Assembly (NCBI GenBank): GCA_963666345.1
Contig: OY762721.1
Coordinates: forward strand, 3,104,001 to 3,168,000
Direction: 5' to 3'
From: Desulfatiglandales bacterium
GTDB lineage: Bacteria > Desulfobacterota > DSM-4660 > Desulfatiglandales > Desulfatiglandaceae
DNA: 64,000 nucleotides
Shown one piece after another: positions 59,999 through 64,000 of this stretch (positions are counted from its first letter, which is position 1; each line of letters starts with the position of its first letter). Below the pieces are notes generated by a model, which was not told the DNA's origin, searched no databases, and was given only the letters and a program-made list of their open reading frames with translations. The position numbers and the translations under genes were made by a program.

Positions 59999-60663
59999 CT
60001 CAGGATATTCCTTTGAAGTTTGATGCCTTCGGGTGTTGCTAGTCTCTCCAGCATAGCCATGAAACCATCCACAATTATAGCCAGGAGAGAGACCAGAATA
60101 GCTCCGCTCATGATCATCTCCGGATACACACGGTCGATTCCCTGTTGGATGTAAACTCCCAGTCCCCCTGAACCAATGTAGACGGCTATGGCTGCGATAC
60201 CTATATTCATGACCGCGGCCGTCCGCAGACCTGCAATTATGATAGGGGTGGCAAGAGGTATCTGGACCTCTTTGAGGAGTTCCCACCTGTTCATTCCCAT
60301 ACCCCTGGCAGCATCCACAAGTGGACCGGGAACGTTTTTGATGGCCGTATAGGTGTTTCTGATTATGGGAAGCTGGCTGTATAGAACGAGGGCTATAACC
60401 GCCGGGACCTTGCCCAGGCCGAGATTGACAAGTGCCAGGATTGGCAGCATTATTCCGAAAAGTGCAATGGACGGGATGGTCATAAGAATGTTGGCTCCGT
60501 TCAATACACGGGAGGCCAGATTCTTATGCCCTGTAATGAAGATTCCCAGAGGAACCCCGATCACGGTTGCGATCATAAGTGCCAACCCGACGATCCATAT
60601 GTGCTCCCAGGAAAGAAAGAGAACCTGTGCATAGTTATCTATGATAAATTGAATAGTGCTCAC
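59995..60663 (-). CDS. Osmoprotectant ABC permease
   Basis: TIPSIA, DAARGMGM, GSGGLG. Confidence 0.92.
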   Translation of the reverse strand: MSTIQFIIDNYAQVLFLSWEHIWIVGLALMIATVIGVPLGIFITGHKNLASRVLNGANILMTIPSIALFGIMLPILALVNLGLGKVPAVIALVLYSQLPIIRNTYTAIKNVPGPLVDAARGMGMNRWELLKEVQIPLATPIIIAGLRTAAVMNIGIAAIAVYIGSGGLGVYIQQGIDRVYPEMIMSGAILVSLLAIIVDGFMAMLERLATPEGIKLQRNILR

Positions 60664-60665
60664 CG

Positions 60666-61808
60666 CTACACCTCGTTTCCGTTTGCCTCGGCCTCGTCCG
60701 CATAGCTTTCCCTGACTACTTTCTGTATGTCATTATAGGTAACGGTTCCGGCAAAGTTCCCGTTTTCGTCCAACACGCAAAAGGTACCGGTATCGTACAT
60801 GAGCATAAAGGAGAGGACATCCCGAAGCGAGGTCCTCTCTTTAAGCAGGAGAGGATATGATTCCGCCAGGTCTCTGACCAGGCTTTCTTCATATTTAAGT
60901 ATTTTTTGCGTGACGGATCCTATCGGTTTGCCGTTCTCTATAACGATGCCGTAGCGAAATCCATTGTCGTCAAGGAATTTCAAGGCATCCTGTGCCGGAT
61001 CACTTCCGGGGATCATATTTTTCGGTTTGCGATTGATTACATCCATGACCCTCATAAGACCCAGGACTTTCAATGCCCTGTCCGCACCTACGAAGTCCGC
61101 CACAAACTTATTCTTGGGGTGTGTCAGTATGACTTCGGGTACTTCGTACTGTATCAGACGACCTTTGTCGAAAAGTGCGATGCGATCCCCCATCTTCATT
61201 GCCTCGTGTATGTCGTGAGAGACAAAGGCGATGGTTTTTTTCAGCTTTGCCTGAAGCTTGAGGAATTCGTTTTGAATTTCTTCCCTGTTTATGGGGTCTA
61301 TGGCTCCGAAAGGCTCGTCCATGAGGAGTATTTCCGGGTCTGCCGCCAGTCCTCGCGCCACACCTACCCTCTGCTGCTGTCCACCCGAAAGCTCAACAGG
61401 ATAACGATCCCGGTAGAGCTCCGGTTCCAGATTGGTCATTTCAAGCAGTTCATCAACCCGTTCCCGGATACGTCTTTTGTCCCATCCCAGAAGCCTCGGA
61501 ACGATTGCGATGTTTTCGGCTATGGTCTTATTGGGAAAGAGTCCGATGGCCTGTATGACATAACCCATCCGCTGCCTGAGTTGTATGATGTCCATGTCCA
61601 TTATGTTTTGATTTTCTATGGTTATGTTTCCGCGAGTGAGGGTTTCCAACCGGTTGGTAAGCCGAAGAGTGGTGGTCTTGCCGCATCCTGAGGGGCCGAG
61701 AAAGACCACGATTTCGCCTTTGGGTATGGTCAGGCTTACATTGTCGAGGGCAGTTACCGCATCTCTTCCGGATCCGAATATTTTTGTAACCGACTCATAG
61801 GTGATCAT
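60666..61808 (-). CDS. Osmoprotectant ABC ATPase with CBS pair (OpuCA-like)
   Basis: GPSGCGKT, LSGGQQQR, MDEPFGAID. Confidence 0.95.
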   Translation of the reverse strand: MITYESVTKIFGSGRDAVTALDNVSLTIPKGEIVVFLGPSGCGKTTTLRLTNRLETLTRGNITIENQNIMDMDIIQLRQRMGYVIQAIGLFPNKTIAENIAIVPRLLGWDKRRIRERVDELLEMTNLEPELYRDRYPVELSGGQQQRVGVARGLAADPEILLMDEPFGAIDPINREEIQNEFLKLQAKLKKTIAFVSHDIHEAMKMGDRIALFDKGRLIQYEVPEVILTHPKNKFVADFVGADRALKVLGLMRVMDVINRKPKNMIPGSDPAQDALKFLDDNGFRYGIVIENGKPIGSVTQKILKYEESLVRDLAESYPLLLKERTSLRDVLSFMLMYDTGTFCVLDENGNFAGTVTYNDIQKVVRESYADEAEANGNEV

Positions 61809-62245
61809 TCGGTGTATCTCCTGTTGCAGGTCATAGCATTATCAAATGGTGGTGATTTTAGCAGAAGGGTTTCATCTGTTTCTGTATTAGTATATGCCTG
61901 TTGATGAGCCTGTGTTTCTTTCTGCGATAAAACCATAGGCAGATCAAGGAGTATGGATGGAACCGCCGCGTTTGAATCTTTTTGACTTTAAAAAGTTTAA
62001 ATAAACAAATTTCTATCATGAAAATTTGAATGAGTAGTAGTTTCAACTAATACTAAATTTAAATACCATAAGATATATTTGTTGTCAAATCAGGCTGTCT
62101 GATCCAATATTAAGACTTAATCTTCGGCTCTGAGTAACGAGTGCCTGAATTTTTGCGGCAAACTGGGCAATAGTGGTAGGAAGTTGTATAAAGTAAAGAT
62201 AATATATCGGGAGAGGACCCGATATGGCCCTCTCCTGATGGTCAT

Positions 62246-63604
62246 TTATTCTTTGACTGCGGCCCGCATCATGGCAAGCGCCTGGTGCGAGGCATTGATC
62301 AGGGGATGTACAGTCGGCGCTGCAGTAAGGAGCGGATGAGTGGCTATCTGAATCATGTCCAGTTCCCTTACCGTAACGCCCTTCTGTATTGCAAGGGCTA
62401 TCACATTGATTAATTCACCCACGGCTGCACATCCATATACCTGGCCTCCCAGTATGATCCCTGATCTGGGTGAAAAACAGAGTTTGACTTTGCATTCACA
62501 GGCATCAGGAAGGGTTATTGGGTGCCTGTCGTAGGCTGCCGCGCTTGAGGAGATTGAATGGAAATTTTCTTTCTTGCCTGTACGGCATATCATTCCGGCA
62601 CTCGCGAAGGAGACTCCTCCCAGCCTGGTTGAAAATGCGGCAATGGTTCCAGGCATCTGATTGAGCACGCGAATTCCGTATAGATTGACCCCGGCGTTCC
62701 TGGCCTCCGAGGTCGCAGTCGAAGCGAGCCATACCGGGACCTCCCGTCTTGTGAAAAAATCCCGTTTGAGCGCGCAGTCGCCAACCGCAAATACACCTTC
62801 CGTGTCTGTCTGCATATAATCATCAACCCATATGGAGCCTTTGTCCGTAATACGCAGGCCTGCCTGCCTGGCAATCTCAACCGAAGGTTTTGCCCCTGCA
62901 CTGAGAATAACGACGTCCGCGGGGATGATCCGGCCGTCTTCCAGCGTAACCGAGTCCACGTGGCCGTTACCGTTTATCGACATAACACGGCTGTCTGTAT
63001 GCAGGTTGACCCCTTGTTCAACCAGCACCTCTTCCACCTTGTCACAAAACTCGTCATCAAATGCCGCCGACAGAAGCTTGGGCAGAATTTCAACGAGGTG
63101 AGTTTCCATCCCGTCTATCTTGCTTAATTCATCCGCAAATTCGGCCCCGATAAATCCGCCTCCGATGATCACTATTTTTCTCGAGTGCTCTATTTTATCA
63201 CGAAGACTTGTCATGTGAGACAGGCTTTTTCGAATGGTATAGACTCCCTCTTTTTCGATTCCCGGAATAGGCGGTTTGACGGATTCCGTACCTGTGGCAA
63301 GGACAAGCCTTTCGTAGGAAATCGTCTGTCCTGACTCTATGGTAACGGTTTTTGCCTTTCTGTCAATGGAGACAACCTTGCCGACAATGATTTTCACCCC
63401 TGCATTATTGAGCGGTTGATCACCCATTGCGTTTTGTTTGGGGTCAGGCATGGTATTCATCATATATGGTATGGCGCAGGGGATGACGCTGTCTCCGATT
63501 TCCTTGATAAGGCAAACTGATTTTTCAGGGTACACGCTTTTTGCCGTCATACCTGTTATTACGCCTGCAGGGCCACCACCAATGATAACAACGTTAAATT
63601 CCAT
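62246..63604 (-). CDS. FAD-dependent pyridine nucleotide-disulfide oxidoreductase (CoA-disulfide reductase/NADH oxidase type)
   Basis: GGGPAG, single redox Cys in IPCAIPY, GGGFIG, FAVGDC; AGGAG RBS. Confidence 0.92.
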   Translation of the reverse strand: MEFNVVIIGGGPAGVITGMTAKSVYPEKSVCLIKEIGDSVIPCAIPYMMNTMPDPKQNAMGDQPLNNAGVKIIVGKVVSIDRKAKTVTIESGQTISYERLVLATGTESVKPPIPGIEKEGVYTIRKSLSHMTSLRDKIEHSRKIVIIGGGFIGAEFADELSKIDGMETHLVEILPKLLSAAFDDEFCDKVEEVLVEQGVNLHTDSRVMSINGNGHVDSVTLEDGRIIPADVVILSAGAKPSVEIARQAGLRITDKGSIWVDDYMQTDTEGVFAVGDCALKRDFFTRREVPVWLASTATSEARNAGVNLYGIRVLNQMPGTIAAFSTRLGGVSFASAGMICRTGKKENFHSISSSAAAYDRHPITLPDACECKVKLCFSPRSGIILGGQVYGCAAVGELINVIALAIQKGVTVRELDMIQIATHPLLTAAPTVHPLINASHQALAMMRAAVKE

Positions 63605-64000
63605 AAAAGTCTCCTTAAAATTGATCTTGATTGAAGAAATGGTTGAATACAAACTTCTCTGCCGTCTCAATTATCATGTTATTACAGCTGATTAATTTGT
63701 ATAAGGTAATCCACCCAATGGAGGCTAAAGTCCCCGGACAGGAAACGGAATCCGCGGTTGAGACAGTCCTGCAGCGCGGGTCAATGCCGGTCCTCTAACA
63801 GATTATTTGAGCGGATTTACAGTAAAGGCGGGATATCTCCGGTGTCAAAAACTTGAAATATCTTTGACTCTGACAGGGGAGGCATCCCGGGGAATGTGTG
63901 AAGTCACTGTTTCCAACAGCTTCTTATATGAATTCAAAGATGGGGTTCAAAGATATGCGGTATTTCTGTCATGTTTTAGTTTTTTGACCTTCCTGAATTT

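Noticed and set aside
59999..60286. N-terminal extension of the 339-aa permease ORF
   Set aside because: Overlaps the upstream permease in another frame; real start is ATG 59998
18266..63695. Numerous short antisense or alternate-frame ORFs within housekeeping genes
   Set aside because: Shadow ORFs of well-supported genes with no motifs or RBS
1..64000. Integron integrase, rRNA, tRNA (including selC) and cas genes
   Set aside because: None recognisable in this window

Overview
Deltaproteobacterial (Desulfobacterota-like) chromosomal window in three parts. (1) Bases ~270-11800 are a visibly AT-richer accessory region that reads as a decaying integron-type cassette array with no integrase in the window. 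It holds four attC-like sites, four type II toxin-antitoxin modules (three damaged), an ICMT-family gene, a small Cys-rich gene and a hybrid sensor kinase. It is interleaved with an IS200-type element, an IS4/IS50-group element carrying a DUF6788-like passenger, two group IIC intron 3' remnants that each abut a cassette start, and three GGGGTC...GACCCC mini-elements. (2) Bases 11850-16700 are a minus-strand sigma-54 module: a DUF1638-like gene, an octaheme cytochrome c with an in-frame TGA and a SECIS-like hairpin (probable selenoprotein, split in two by the ORF track), a PAS-type enhancer-binding protein, and a small protein. Two sigma-54 promoters there share identical spacing. (3) The rest is mostly housekeeping: TetR plus YbhGFSR-like ABC exporter, acetyl-CoA hydrolase-GNAT fusion, radA, smc, comEC, murA, rsmG, a four-subunit 2-oxoacid:ferredoxin oxidoreductase, nfo, stand-alone IMP cyclohydrolase, cysteine desulfidase, an osmoprotectant ABC transporter and a giant two-VWA exported protein. 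A family of octamer-repeat MITEs with 8-bp target duplications is also present. All family assignments are from motif recognition, not database searches.
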